Assembly (NCBI RefSeq): GCF_032191835.1
Contig: NC_083224.1
Location: 17,918,001 to 17,982,000 of the forward strand
Direction: 5' to 3'
DNA: 64,000 bases
DNA from: Heteronotia binoei
Lineage: Eukaryota
This document shows, piece after piece, positions 10,767-23,225 of this stretch; positions within the stretch are counted from its first letter, which is position 1, and the number at the start of each line of letters is the position of its first letter. A program made the position numbers and the translations under genes. The notes under the pieces were generated by a model that saw only the letters and a list, made by a program, of their open reading frames with translations, was not told where the DNA came from and did no database searches.

Positions 10767-13249
10767 CTACTCCAAAACTTTCTGCCCTCTGTGGATTCCC
10801 TGATGATGTTGAAGACTGCTACTGTGACTGAATCTCTTCCCACACTCACAGCACTCAAAAGGCTTCTCTCCTGTGTGTGTTCTTTGATGCTGTTGAAGAT
10901 TTCCACTCCAACTGAATCTCTTTCCACACTCTGAGCATTCAAAAGGCTTCTCCCCTGTGTGGGTTCTAAGATGTTTTTGAAGGCTGCTACTGTCACTGGC
11001 TCTTTTCCCACACTCTGAGCATTCAAAAGGCTTCTCCCCTGTGTGGACTCTTCGATGTTGTTGAAGATGGCCACTGCGGCTAAACTTCTTTCCACACTCT
11101 GAGCATTCAAAAGGTTTCTCCCCTCTGTGGGTTCTTAGATGGCTTTGTAGATTGGCACTCTGACTGAATTTCTTCCCACACTCTGAGCACTCAAAAGGCT
11201 TCTCCCCTGTGTGGGTTCTTTGATGCTGTTGAAGATGGCCACTGCGGTTGAATCTCTTCCCACACTCTGAACATTCAAAAGGCTTCTCCCCTGTGTGGGT
11301 TCTTAGATGACTCTGAAGACTGCTACTGTCACTGAACCTCCTTCCACACTCTGAGCACTCAAAAGGCTTCTCCCCTGTATGGGTTCTTAAATGACTTTGA
11401 AGATGGCCACTGTGGCTGAATTTCTTCCCACACTCTAAGCATTCAAAAGGCTTCTCCCCTTTGTGTGTTTGTTGATGCTGTTGAAGACTGCCACTCCGAC
11501 TGAATCTCTTCCCACACTCTGAGCATTCAAAAGGCTTCTCCCCTGTGTGGGTTCGTAAATGACTATGAAGATCATCAGTCCGAATGAATCTCTTCCCACA
11601 CTCTGAGCATTCAAAAGGCTTTTCCCCTGTGTGGGTTCTTTGATGCTGTTGAAGATAGCCACTGCGGCTGAATCTCTTCCCACACTCTGTGCATTCAAAA
11701 GGCTTCTCCCCTGTGTGGGTACTTAGATGTCTTTGAAGACTGCTATTGTCATTGAATCTCTTCCCACACTCTGAGCATTCAAAAGGCATCTCTCCTGTGT
11801 GTGTTCTTAGATGTTTTTGAAGAGCACCACTGTCACTAAATTTCTTCTCACACTCTGAGCATTCATAAGGCTTCTCCCCTGTGTGGGTTCTTAGGTGTTT
11901 TAGGAGTGTGCTACTATGGCGGAATCTCTTCCCACACTCTGAACATTCAAAAGGCTTTTCCCCTGTATGGATTCTTAGATGACTTTGTAGACTGCTACTG
12001 TGACTGAATCTATTCCCACACTCAGAGCATGTAAAAGGCTTCTCTCCTGTATGGGTTCTTAAATGTTTTTGAAGAGCGCCACTGTGACTGAATCTCTTCT
12101 CACATGCTGAGCACTCAAAAGGCTTCTCTCCTGTGTGGGTTCTTTGATGCTGTTGAAGATGGCCACTCCAACTGAATCTCTTCCCACACTCTGAGCATCC
12201 AAAGGGCTTCTCCCCTGTGTGGGTTCTTAGATGTTTTTGAAGACTACTACTTTCAATGAATGTCTTCCCACACTCTGAGCACTTAAAAGGCTTGTCCCCT
12301 ATGTGGCTTCTTAGATGCTTTTGAAGAGCACCACTGTCACTAAATCCCTTCCCACACTCTGAGCATTCAAATGGCTTCTCCCCTGTGTGAGTTCGTAGAT
12401 GACTTTGAAGATTGCCACTGTGAGTAAATCTCTTCCCACACTCTGAGCATTGAAAAGGTTTCTCCCCTGTGTGGGTTCGTATATGAGTTTGAAGATTGCC
12501 ACTCTGACTGAATCTCTTCCCACACTCTGAGCATTCAAAAGGCTTCTCCCCAGTGTGGGTTCTTCGATGCTGTTGAAGAGTGCTACTGTGACTAAATCTC
12601 TTTCCACACTGTGAGCAGCGAAAAGACTTCACTCCCGTGATGGTTCGTAGATGACTTTGAAGTTCACCACTCCGACTGAATCTCTTCCCACACTCTGAGC
12701 ACTCACAATCCTTCTCCCCTTTGTGGATGGTGTGATGCTGTTGAAGAGTGCTACTGTGACTGAATTCCTTCCAACACTCTGAGCATTCAAAAGGCTTCTG
12801 CCCTGTGTGGGTTCTTTGATGCTGTTTAAGAAGGAGACAACGGGTGAATTTCTTTCCACACTCTGAACATTCAAAAGGTTTCTCTGCTGTGTGGATCCTT
12901 TGGTGTACAAGGAATTGTGACTTGTATCTGAAATACTTTCCACACTGAAAGCATTTACATGCCTTCATTATACTGTGCTTTGAAAAATGTATATTATACT
13001 GGGTTTCATCTGAGAAGTTCATTCCACACTCCAAGCACTTGTATGTTTCTTCTAGCATGTGAATTACTTCCTGGAGATAATCCTCTTGGCAAGGAATGGA
13101 TTTATCTCTCTTCTTCATTCTGCGCCTGACTTTCTGCCTCTGAGGCCTACTTGGAATCCTGATGTTTCTTCTCACATCTTCATTTTTCACTTCATCTGGT
13201 GATAGATGACGCAGTTCCTCATCTTCATTATTCCTCTGATCATCTCCTG
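10767..13249 (-). CDS. Gene 1 last exon: acidic spacer plus about 27 C2H2 fingers
   Basis: Open frame to the stop at 10767. Acceptor tttattccag|CA at 13250/13249, phase 1. One finger lacks its last His (QSHLRTI). Confidence 0.95.
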
Positions 13250-13667
13250 CTGGAATAAAGAGAGAGATCTCCTGTTGGAATCCACACAAGGAGGTCTGAT
13301 ATGCTCCTAAATTTAAGTACATTAAGCATCAGAGACACTTGGTTGGGGCTCTTACCATTTTTATGGCTCCCCACCTGTGTGACTTCTTTTATGTGAAATA
13401 AGGGCTGTTTTATGATTGAAGCTGTTTTTGTAGTCTAAGCAATTATACAATTGGTCTTCTAAGGGCATTAGCATCTGCAAGATGACATTCATTCTCTGCA
13501 GAAAGTCTTTGCAAATGCCATACATTCATTTCCCTTTTCCCTGTGGTGGTTTCTCTGGTTCACACAGAGGTCTCTGTTCCTTCTTCTGTTTACTGACCTT
13601 CCTTCATAGACTGGGGTTTCAGGGAGGACCCCTCATTCGGAAGGAGTGGGCTTATCCCTCCTCTTAC

Positions 13668-13775
13668 CTGCGAGGCTTTCCTCCTGCCTCTCTGGTCCAT
13701 CTTCATAATTTTCTTTGGCATCTTCATTTTTGACTTTTTCCCGGAATTCCCCAGCTGCCTCCTCTACATCTGCTG
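13668..13775 (-). CDS. Gene 1 exon 6, 108 bp, phase 1-1 (AADVEEAAGEFREKVKNEDAKENYEDGPERQEESLAG)
   Basis: Acceptor ttattccag|cagcag and donor cag|gtaaga. In-frame homologues exist in genes 2 and 3. Confidence 0.75.
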
Positions 13776-13869
13776 CTGGAATAAGCAAAGAGTTTTAATC
13801 AGCACCCATGCAAGAAGCCAAGCCACCAATCAGGCACTCCTCACTCTTGGCTCTGCATTACTTTTATAA

Positions 13870-15745
13870 AATCGCATCGCTCCGTTCCGACTTCCCTGCC
13901 ACATTAGATACAGTTAGTGAACCTGAGGCTCCGTGCCTGTCTTCGGACTGTGTCCTGGACGGCTTCGGCGCGCTCAGCCTGGAAGAAGTTGACAGGATCC
14001 TCCTATCTGCACGCCCAACAACTTGTAAATTGGACCCATGCCCCTCCTGGCTTATTAAGACCTGCCAGAGGGAGCTAAGATAGCCTATACGGGATATCAT
14101 AAATAGATCCCTACTGGAGGGGCATTTTCCATCAGCGCTCAAAGAGGCGGTGGTCCGTCCCCTCTTGAAGAAAACAACGTTAGATCCGACCGAATTGGCA
14201 CACTATCGGCCGGTATCGAATTTGCCCTTTTTGGGCAAACTTATAGAGAGGGCAGTGGCGTTGCAGCTACAGAGCTTCCTGGAGGATACTTCTGTCCTTG
14301 ACCCCTACCAGTCTGGTTTTCGCCCGGGCCACGGGACGGAGACGGTGCTGGTCGCCCTGGTGGATGACCTTCGGCGACATCTGGATCAAGGCGGCTCGGC
14401 GGTGCTGATGCTGTTGGACCTATCGGCAGCGTTCGATATGGTCGACCATCGGCTTCTGGCGTGCCGCCTTGCCGACGCAGGGATTCAGGGGTTGGCCCTG
14501 CAATGGCTTTCCTCTTTCCTTGACGGTCGGGGACAAAGGGTGGCGATTGGGGAGGAACTGTCCCAGAGACACACGCTTGATTGCGGGGTGCCTCAAGGGG
14601 CGGTGCTTTCCCTGATGCTATTTAACATCTATATGCGCCCCCTTGCCCAGATGGCCCGAAGGTATGGGCTGGGTTGCCATCAATATGCTGATGACACCCA
14701 GCTCTATCTGCTTATGGACGGCCGGCCCGCCTGCGCCCCAGAAAATCTGGACCGGGCATTACAGGCAGTGGCTAGGTGGCTTAGGCTGAGCGGGCTGAAG
14801 CTGAACCCGGCGAAGACAGAGGTCCTTCGCTTGGGTCGCTGCGGCCCGGGAAGGGAAATCCCCCTGCCAGTTTTTGACGGCGCTCCGCTAACAGCGTCGG
14901 GCAGGGTTAAGAGCCTGGGGGTGCTGTTGGAGCCTTCACTGACGATGGAGGCTCAGATAGCAGCCACTGCCAAGTCCGCTTTTTTTCATCTTAGGCGGGC
15001 GAGGCAGTTGGCCCCCTTCCTGGAACGTGACGACCTGGCAACAGTGATTCATGCTACGGTCACCTCGAGGCTGGACTACTGTAATGCCCTCTACATGGGG
15101 CTACCCTTGTGCCGGACCCGGAAACTGCAGTTGGTGCAGAACGCTGCTGCCCGGCTGCTATTAGGGCTCCCAAGATGGGAGCACATTCGGCCGGGGCTCC
15201 AGGGTCTGCACTGGCTGCCAGTAATATTCCGAGTCCGGTACAAGGTGTTGGTCATTACCTTTAAAGCCCTATATGGCCTAGGACCTGCCTACCTTAGGGA
15301 CCGTCTCTCCCCACACGTTCCCCAGAGAGTACTACGTTCAGGTTCGCAAAACCTGTTGGTAGTCCCCGGGCCAAAGGAGGCCCGCCTAAAATCCACCAGG
15401 GACTGGGCCTTCTCAATAACGGCACCTTATTGGTGGAACCAGCTGCCGGAAGAGGTGCGGGCCCTGCGGGATCTAGGGCAATTCCGCAGGGCCTGTAAGA
15501 CAGCCCTCTTCCGGCAGGCCTATAATATTAACTGACAATGAAAATATCTTGGATGGAACAAAATGCATCTATAGACCGCCGGTTTTATTCTATCTTGTTT
15601 TTATTAATTTATGGTTAATTGTATTTTAATTGTATTTTTAAATGTTTTAAACTGAAGTGTTTGAATTATTATGCTGTAAGCCGCCCTGAGACACTTAGGT
15701 GAGAAGGGCGGGGTATAAATCCTAATATATAAATCCTAATATAAA
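13870..15745 (+). mobile_element. Young L2-clade LINE, 5'-truncated, with a complete RT domain
   Basis: One frame runs from 13870 to 15535 with a single TAG at 14081-14083. It has YRPVSNLPFLGK, QSGFRPGHGTET, LLDLSAAFD and YADD (14684-14695), an L2-type 3' end and retained CpGs. The site is empty in units 2 and 3. Confidence 0.95.
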
Positions 15746-16828
15746 TAAGATCTTTCTGCCCAAACTGATCTGCTGATCACACCTTATTCCTACCTGGACC
15801 TCCCATAGAGCTGTTTTTATATTCTGCTCATCCTTCCTCTCACCAAACTTATGTTAAGGGGGGAGGTGGAAACCAATTATTCCACTGCTGCTCCCGTTGA
15901 CCTGCCATGCAGCTCTTTTGACTCTCTGCTCTTGACGATGAAATACAAGAAGGCCTCATGATATCCAGTCCTGCAACTGCACTGAGAGTTTCCTACCAGT
16001 TGTGAAGAGAGCCAGGAGGAGCTGGTTTCCAGCCTCCCGCAAATACACCTTTTCTGTGAATCCACCCAGGATCTAACCAAGTGAACCCCATAGCGCAGAG
16101 GGAGACCCCTATGCTTTTTGGAAGAGGTGCCATAGTTTAGGGGGGGCAGGTAATGGCTGACGAGATAACCAGCCACCTTTCTCAAGCTCAGAAACATTTT
16201 CTTGATTTTTCTGAGCCATTATTTACATCTTAGCTGGGCCAATTGTCTAATGCGCAGCAATTTCTTAATCATCCAGGCATTTCTGCCTTTCCAGCAAGCA
16301 CCAAGTCGGCCTGTCTCTCTGGAAGGGAGTGTATCTTATTGTCAGGAAGAGATAGCCAGAAGATTGGTTTAGGAGGCCTCAAGGTCATTAACTTGTTGCA
16401 GCAGAGTAAGAGCCTCTGGAAGCCCATCCCAGAGGAACACACAGTGCCAAAAAGCCCTGATAAGGCCTCAGAATAGTCTGTCTTGTTCCATCTTCCTGTA
16501 ACACAGAGGGAACACACACTGAACATACAGATATGCTATGTTCAGTGTGACCAGGGTGATGTAATGTAAATGTAGGGAAGCTAGTTTGGCAGACAGAGCA
16601 CCACAGGGGTGTCAATGTTTTCAATCGTCTTCTCTGGGGATGGGGAAGATAGCACCAGCTGGCTTTGAAGAAACCTGAGGATTGGGGAGAGCTGAGTGGA
16701 CAGGTATACCTGGCTTTTCTGTGTCTGTCTGTTTTTCTGTGGCAGAAGCTTTCCTGCTTCAAGGGGGTGGGAAGGAGTTGGCCGCTTGCCTCTTGGGGAT
16801 ACAGGAGGTTGCTGTGGCACTTTCTCTA

Positions 16829-17045
16829 TGGGAGGGATAATGGTTCAGTGGCAGAAGCCGTGGTAAGCAGAAGGTCGCAGGTTCAATTCCCGGCATCTCC
16901 AACTAAAAAGAGTCCAGACAAGTAGGCTTGAAAAACCTTAACTTGAGACCCCGGAGAGCCGCTGCCAGTCTGAGTAGACAATACTGATGTTGATGGACTG
17001 AGGGTCTGATTCAGTATAAGGCAGCTTCATATGTTCATATGTTCC
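16829..17045 (+). mobile_element. tRNA-derived SINE with an ...atatgttc tail (probably Squam2-type)
   Basis: Degenerate A/B boxes. Body and tail are shared with 22274, 34407, 44578 and 61497. Confidence 0.7.
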
Positions 17046-17952
17046 ATCCTGTTGTGGGGTTCAACCAACTGTGCTTCAACTGAGAACTTGTCTCTCTGTT
17101 TACTGGGCTACTGAATCTCTTCAGAAGAACACGATTCCACCTTCTTGGGATGAGGCCTGATCCACCTCATGACAACAGAGGTTGTTACATGGTTCAGCTT
17201 AAGCCACTTTCGCTTGGGTTGCAGTGTTAACTGGTTGGTCTACTTGCTGAAGAACACCCCTGCAAGGGAGAACAGCTGCTAGGAAGCACTCAAAGCCATC
17301 TCCAATTATAGAGAGGCCTGAATTCATCCATGTGAATACTCTAGGAAAGGGTTGATGGGCCTTTGTCTTCATATAGCAAGGCTGTTATTAGGTAAATCCC
17401 ACCCCTTTCCTTAGACTGGCCAGTATTTAAGGATAGTGTGGCCACTCAACAGCCACAAGTGAGCTCAGCCCCTGAAGGAGCTTCTGAGCTTTCAGATTCC
17501 AGGCCCCAGAAGGCCTCTCTCGCTCTCCCCTCACTCAGTGGGAATTCTACCAAACCAAGAGATGATTAGAAGTGCAGAGGAAAGGTCCCATGGGTATTCC
17601 TTGCCCATTCCCTTGACATAACTGTAAAGGACATCCCCTTCATGCCAGTTCATTTGGGAAGAATACCCCAAAATCCCATATGGGGATGCTGTAACGGCTG
17701 ACAACTGAGAAATCAGGATCTGGCTCCTTCCAGAGTCTTTTTGAAGGCCTCTCAGCCTCCTCCTTGACCTAGGGCTACGACACCCTTTCTGGCTTGGGTG
17801 ATGGCCACAACACTGGGCTCAGCTGCCCTGGTTCAGTGGGGTGGCTTGTATTGCTCTACTTGGCCATGCTTTCATGGCCACTCCAACTTCATCACTTTCA
17901 TGGCCACTCCAACTTCAAACCTTTACCTTTAGCACTTACGAAAGATCCTTAC

Positions 17953-18079
17953 CCAGAAAAGCCACACTTCCATAGTTCTCCAGCATGACTTCCCTGTAGA
18001 GGGCTTTTTGGCCTGGATCCAGCAGGCTCCACTCAGCCTTGGTGAAATACACAGCCACCTCCTCAAAGGAAAATGGAGA
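17953..18079 (-). CDS. Gene 1 KRAB-A exon (127 bp)
   Basis: [42 protein letters not shown](G). It has ttttcag|/|gtaagg flanks, the classic 127-bp length and phase 0-1. Confidence 0.95.
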
Positions 18080-18288
18080 CTGAAAGAAGAAACAGATTCC
18101 CTCATCAGAAATCATGCCGGGCGGAGACTTGACACTCTCGACAGGGGTAGTTTGTGAGGGTGCAGGATGCAGAGCTCAGTAGGGGTAAAGGCAGGGCTCT
18201 TCAGAGCCTCTCTTCCTCAGACAGCAGGAGCGAAAGCTTCCCTGAGAAAGGAGGGAGGGCCCTGACTATCCCTCGTTCACCCCCCTAC

Positions 18289-18362
18289 CTGGATCAGAGG
18301 TCGAGGTTGAGATGTTTCCATTTCTCTGCAAAGAAAATGGCTTGATAACGTCTCTTCACTGG
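18289..18362 (-). CDS. Gene 1 exon 4 (74 bp, ASEETLSSHFLCREMETSQPRPLIQ), phase 1-0
   Basis: cccttgcag|/|gtaggg flanks. It restores the frame between the 115-bp exon and KRAB-A. Confidence 0.8.
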
Positions 18363-18607
18363 CTGCAAGGGAGACAAAATGGGAAAGAAGAATTTTAGCC
18401 TCAAACGAATCTATATACTTCATACTTTCCCTTAAAGTATAAAGTATACTTAAAGTGGAGTGGCCATCATGAGATCCTATCACACTGTATCCCAAATCTC
18501 CATTCTACGTAGTCTGCAGAAGTTTTCTCCTTTTCTCCTGTCCTGAAACTTCTGCCCAGCAACTTCATCACATGCCCCAATCCCCTCTGGGCAGGAGGCC
18601 CCCTTAC

Positions 18608-18722
18608 CACTTGACAGGAGATCTTGGGCACGCTCCTGGGCCTGCGCCCTCTGACCTTCCTCTGACGGAGCTCCTTCTGCCTCAGAGAACTCTGCTTCCA
18701 CCTTCATGGCTCCTCCCCACAT
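18608..18722 (-). CDS. Gene 1 exon 3 (115 bp, MWGGAMKVEAEFSEAEG...DLLSSG), phase 0-1
   Basis: tgttccag|/|gtaagg flanks. The same 115-bp exon is present in gene 2. Confidence 0.8.
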
Positions 18723-19019
18723 CTGGAACAACAGCAAGGGAGAGGGGCAAGAGAAGGAACAGAACAGGCTGAAGAGATGGATCTGGACCTACTCCCAGAC
18801 TCCACCACCAGAGCTGCTATAGCTCCTTTCAAGCTATGGAGCCTGTTGAGCAAAAAATTCTACTTTGTGAGCTGCTGGCATTAAAGTTGTGAGCTACTGC
18901 ATAAATTAGTTTGCTCTGGAGCCATTTTTCCTGAGCGAAGACAAAAATGTGTGAGCTGGAGGCTAAGAAACTGTGAGCTAGCTCACACTAACTCAGCTTA
19001 GAGGGAACTTTGGGACACC

Positions 19020-20345
19020 ACATTACTGGCAGAAAGTAGTGCTAAAGGAAGATGACAGCTGAACATCAGGATGATAAAAATAATGACTAGTGGAGAATTA
19101 CAGAAACTGAAGATTGATGATGAAGAAACTGGAATTGTTCAAGATTGTTCTGTTCCTTGGCTCCAACATAAATGCTATGAAACTTGAAATATGCTGCATC
19201 TCAGCCAACTAAAAAGAAAAACAAAATGTTGCTTCTTACCTTCATGCTTCAAGGGAAATGAATGGGGCATTGAAAAGGAATCTCAGTTAATTTCACCATA
19301 ATTAGAAAAGATTATCTTATCCTCTATTTAAACATATATTGCTTTAACCCTTGTTGCCCCTTAATTGGGATCCATACAGCTGTTGACCCTGTACACTTGG
19401 CTTGTTCCTGTTTTGTCTCAAAATGTCTTCATGATGTTATATTCTAATTTGCTTTTCAGTCCTGTTTGTATGAAGAGCCCCATGGCACAGAGTGTTAAAG
19501 CTGCAGTACTGCAGTCTGAACTCTCTGCTCACGACCTGAGTTTGATCCCCGGTGGAAGCTGGTTTTTCAGGTAGCCGGCTCGAGGTTGACTCAGCCTTCC
19601 ATCCTTCCGAGGTCGGTAAAATGAGTACCCAGCTTGCTGGGGGGAAAGCGTAGATGACTGGGGCAAACCACCCCATAAAAAGTCTGCTGTGAAAGCAACG
19701 TCACCCCAGAGTTGGAAATGACTGGTGCTTGCACAGGGGATCTTTCCTTTCCATGTTTCTATGTTTTAATGGTTTTCTTCCATCACATTTTATCTTAAGA
19801 ACTGTGCTTGTACAGGAAAGGTCATACCTTGAGTAAAATTTGGTTGGTCTTAAAGGTGCCACTGGATTCTAACTTTATCTACAAAAAGGGGAGACTGCAA
19901 ACAAGAAGCCAGGAAACTGAGACTGGAAGGGGCAGCCATGAAGGAGCTAGAAAAGATTCTTAAGGGCAACACTGAATCACTGGTGACCAAGGTCAAGTTA
20001 ATTTGTGCCTTAGTATTCCCCATTTCTATATGTGGGTGAGAGAAAGCTGGACAAGGAAAAAGCTGGGAGGAAGAAAACTTGATTCTTTGTGGTGTTGGAG
20101 GAGAGTTTAGCGTTTTTACAGCTACTCAGCTCTCCAGGTACTCAACTGAGGCTACTGCATTTTGGTGATATTATGAGAAGACAGGAGTCACTAGGAAAGA
20201 CAATCATGCTAAGAAAAGGGGAAGGCGGCAGGAAAAGAGGAAGACCAAACACAGGATGGATGGACTCAGTCAAGGAATCTACAGTCTACAAGACTTGAGC
20301 AAGGCTGTTAATGAGATGATGTTCACATGGTTGCCATACAGAAGC
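19020..20345 (+). mobile_element. Old RTE/Bov-B-like LINE remnants, interrupted by a Sauria SINE (19475-19752) and a Penelope-like fragment
   Basis: Degraded RTE C-terminal motifs (CESW..., GDIMRRQESLGKTIML..GRPNTGWMDSVK). Homologous remnants lie at 37480-39690 and, inverted, near 62960-63340. Confidence 0.7.
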
Positions 20346-20439
20346 AACCTGATGGCAGTTAACATACACACAACAATAGCTGGCAGGAAGTCTTAGGATA
20401 AGGTCACTGGCTTGAGCGGAGCGACTGAAAGCCCCTCAC

Positions 20440-20862
20440 CTGCTGTGCCTGCCTCTTCTCCTCTTCCTGACTCAGGAGGAAACCTTCGGCCAGGGCCACT
20501 GCCTGGGAACTGCTCTCTGGCCCGCATCCTCTCACCCAGCCCTGCACTTCCTGCGGCAGGATGGCCAGGAAGTGCTCCAAGATCACCAGATCCACCATCT
20601 CCTTCTTGGTGCACCTCTCTGGCTCCAGCCAGTCCTTACAAAGTCCGTGGAGCTGGCTGCAAACCTCTCGGGGCCCATCAGTCACCTGGTAACAGAACTG
20701 CTGGAAGCATCGGCTGCTTCCATCTGGGGTCACAGGGTTCTGAACCAATATCTCTGGCATAGCTCTTTCCCAGAATTCAGCACCACTCCCTACTTGGAGG
20801 GGATGGGGACATTCCTTTGATATCTTGCCAATTCCAGGGCCTTCGGGGTCCTTCTCTTCCAT
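20440..20862 (-). CDS. Gene 1 first coding exon: SCAN domain (141 codons)
   Basis: ATG at 20862. [30 protein letters not shown]...[35 protein letters not shown]. Donor cag|gtgagg. Confidence 0.95.
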
Positions 20863-21544
20863 CTCCTTCCCTTTTTCTCTTGGGCTGCTGCCTCTGACTC
20901 TGGAAAGATACTTTTATTCCCCTGGGTGTGAAAAGGGAGAGGACAGCAATAAAAAACACAGGAAGAAAAGAAATGGGTTCCACCACTGACCCTGGTAAAG
21001 AATCACCTAAGAATTACCTCAGTGGATCAGAAGGAACATCCCCGTCGTTTCCTGTTGAAGAGGAATGTCACTGTGGTACTTTACATATCAAGCTTTTAAA
21101 AATATGCCTGTTTGGTCTTTCAGGCAACAAAAATACCAGTACTTTTTTAAAAATCTGTTGCGGCCATTGTGAGATTGGTTTCTGATTTCTGAGGATCAGT
21201 CTGTCTAGTGGATACATCTCCAGTTAAACTGGAGCCTTGGACAAAGAGGTTGTCAAGGTCTTAACTATTAAGAGTCCACCACCCCTTAACTACTAGATCA
21301 AGCTGGAGTCCCTGAGGTCAGGAAGGCACCCACCCACATGCTTTCCCCCAAACTAAGAAAAAATTATTCAAGAGGGCTTCTCTACCCAAGCAACAGGGTA
21401 GCATTGTACAAAAGGCTTCACAAAGTTACTTGGATGAATTACTGGGGACTGGAAACTATATCCCTGCGTATAGTTTGCTATAATTTGTATCTTGCTATGT
21501 AATTTTGCATTATTTATTGGGTCATGTTAACAGTTATGTATTTA

Positions 21545-22625
21545 TTTTATTTAACATCCTGCCCCCCCACCCCCCACCGAAGGCAGGCTCAGGACGGCTC
21601 ACAGATTAAGGGTCAGGCAATCAGATTAGTGTGACCAAACAAGATAAAAACAACAGTAGGAACATAAAAACATAAGAACGGTTATTAAAAAATCAGCAAG
21701 CGCTAGTACAGTAGTTTCAGACAACAATTAAAATTCTAATGGTGGTAAATAGCTAGATGGTCGATGTTAGATGTTTGAAGAGGTCCCAGGATCGCCATAG
21801 CATGATGAGACAGATCTGTTGGTCGTATTTATGGGCCTGTCCCGTTGCTGCAGGTGTTACCGTTATGAAAATGCATGGCGGAAGAGTGCCGTTTCGCAGG
21901 CCCTGCGGGACTGTGAGAGAAGAAGAAGATATTGGATTTATATCCCGCCCTCCACTCCGAAGAGTCTCAGAGCGGCTCACAATCTCCTTTACCTTCCTCC
22001 CCCACAACAGACACCCTGTGAGGTGGGTGGGGCTGAGAGGGCTCTCACAGCAGCTGCCCTTTCAAGGACAACCTCTGCCAGAGCTATGGCTGACCCAAGG
22101 CCGTGCCAGCAGGTGCAAGTGGAGGAGTGGGGAATCAAACCCGGTTCTCCCAGATAAGAGTCTGCACACTTAACCACTACACCAAACTGGCTCTCACAGG
22201 GCCCTGTCCTCCTCCGGCAACTCATTCCACCAGCTAGGGGCAGCAACGGAAAAAGCCCTGGTTCTATTTGATTTGAACATATGAACATATGAAGCTGCCT
22301 TATACTGAATCAGACCCTCGGTCCATCAAAGTCAGTATTGTCTTCTCAGACTGGCAGCGGCTCTCTAGCGTCTCAAGCGGAGGTTTTTCACACCTATTTG
22401 CCTGGACCCTTTTTTGGAGATGCCAGGGATTGAACCTGGGACCTTCTGCTTCCCAAGCAGATGCTCTACCACTGAGCCACCGTCCCTTCCCTAAGCCTAA
22501 CTTCTCTGATGCTGGGAACTGTCAACAGGTTTTGAGATCTGGACCAAAGTGCTCACTGGGGCATAGGAATGGAAAGGCGGTTCCTAAGGTATGCAGGACC
22601 CTGGACGTATAGGGCTTTAAAGGTT
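21545..22625 (-). mobile_element. L2 3' fragment with a nested Squam3-type SINE (21915-22195) and a Squam2-type SINE (22274-22491)
   Basis: L2 ORF2 C-terminal sequence, similar to 1085-1330, resumes on both sides of each SINE. Confidence 0.75.
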
Positions 22626-22749
22626 ATGCTTTCTTTCTATATTGATTTCTACAACCCAAATTTTATTTCGTAGTTTATTGAAAGTACCATCCTATTGATT
22701 GCATTGAGTCCCTTTAAATGGCAGATTCTAATTAACGTAGATTCAGGTG

Positions 22750-23067
22750 GACAGCTATGTTGGTCTGAAGCAGGAGAACAAAGTTTTGAGTCCAGTGACA
22801 CCTTTAAGACCAAAAAAGTTTTATTCAAGGTATAAGCTTTCATGTGCAAGCACAGCTACCCACCTGCATTTTTCTTCATGGAGTGCACCACATTAAGGTA
22901 TAAGGAATGGGACTCCATCAACCTTACGAGAAACTTGCACAGGTACGGACCGATATTTCCTTTCTTACAAAATGCAAAAACCTGGACTAGTCTGAAGAAG
23001 CGCGCTTGCACACAAAAACTTATACCTTGAATAAAACTTAGTTGTCTTAAAGGTAGCGCTTGACTTA
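22750..23067. mobile_element. Inverted pair of Penelope-like pLTR fragments (22750-22853 minus, 22991-23067 plus) with a decayed hammerhead motif
   Basis: ctgaagaag-stem-(g/a)aaa-(g/a)cttataccttgaataaaac...gtcttaaaggt. The two arms are reverse complements. The paralogous pair is at 40985-41295. Confidence 0.65.
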
Positions 23068-23225
23068 AGCTATGTTTTATAATTAAAGCAAATAAATAAA
23101 ACATGCCCTCATCTTGAAACAGCCCCATCATGGGGGTGGGGAGCGCTGGCCCAAAGGTGTGGTATTTCCAGCAGCCAATCAGCATGAAGGATTGCTCCCA
23201 CTGCGATCACCTCTGGGATACTATA

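Noticed and set aside
15877-16197. 106-aa minus-strand ORF partly shared by the paralogues
   Set aside because: Truncated by a stop in unit 2, disrupted in unit 3, no recognisable domain. The similarity reflects the duplication.
17740-17815. KRAB-B-like remnant (PKPERVS.P.; also about 36170-36230 and 56320-56370)
   Set aside because: It has stops in gene 1, no convincing splice sites, and the gene models are in phase without it.
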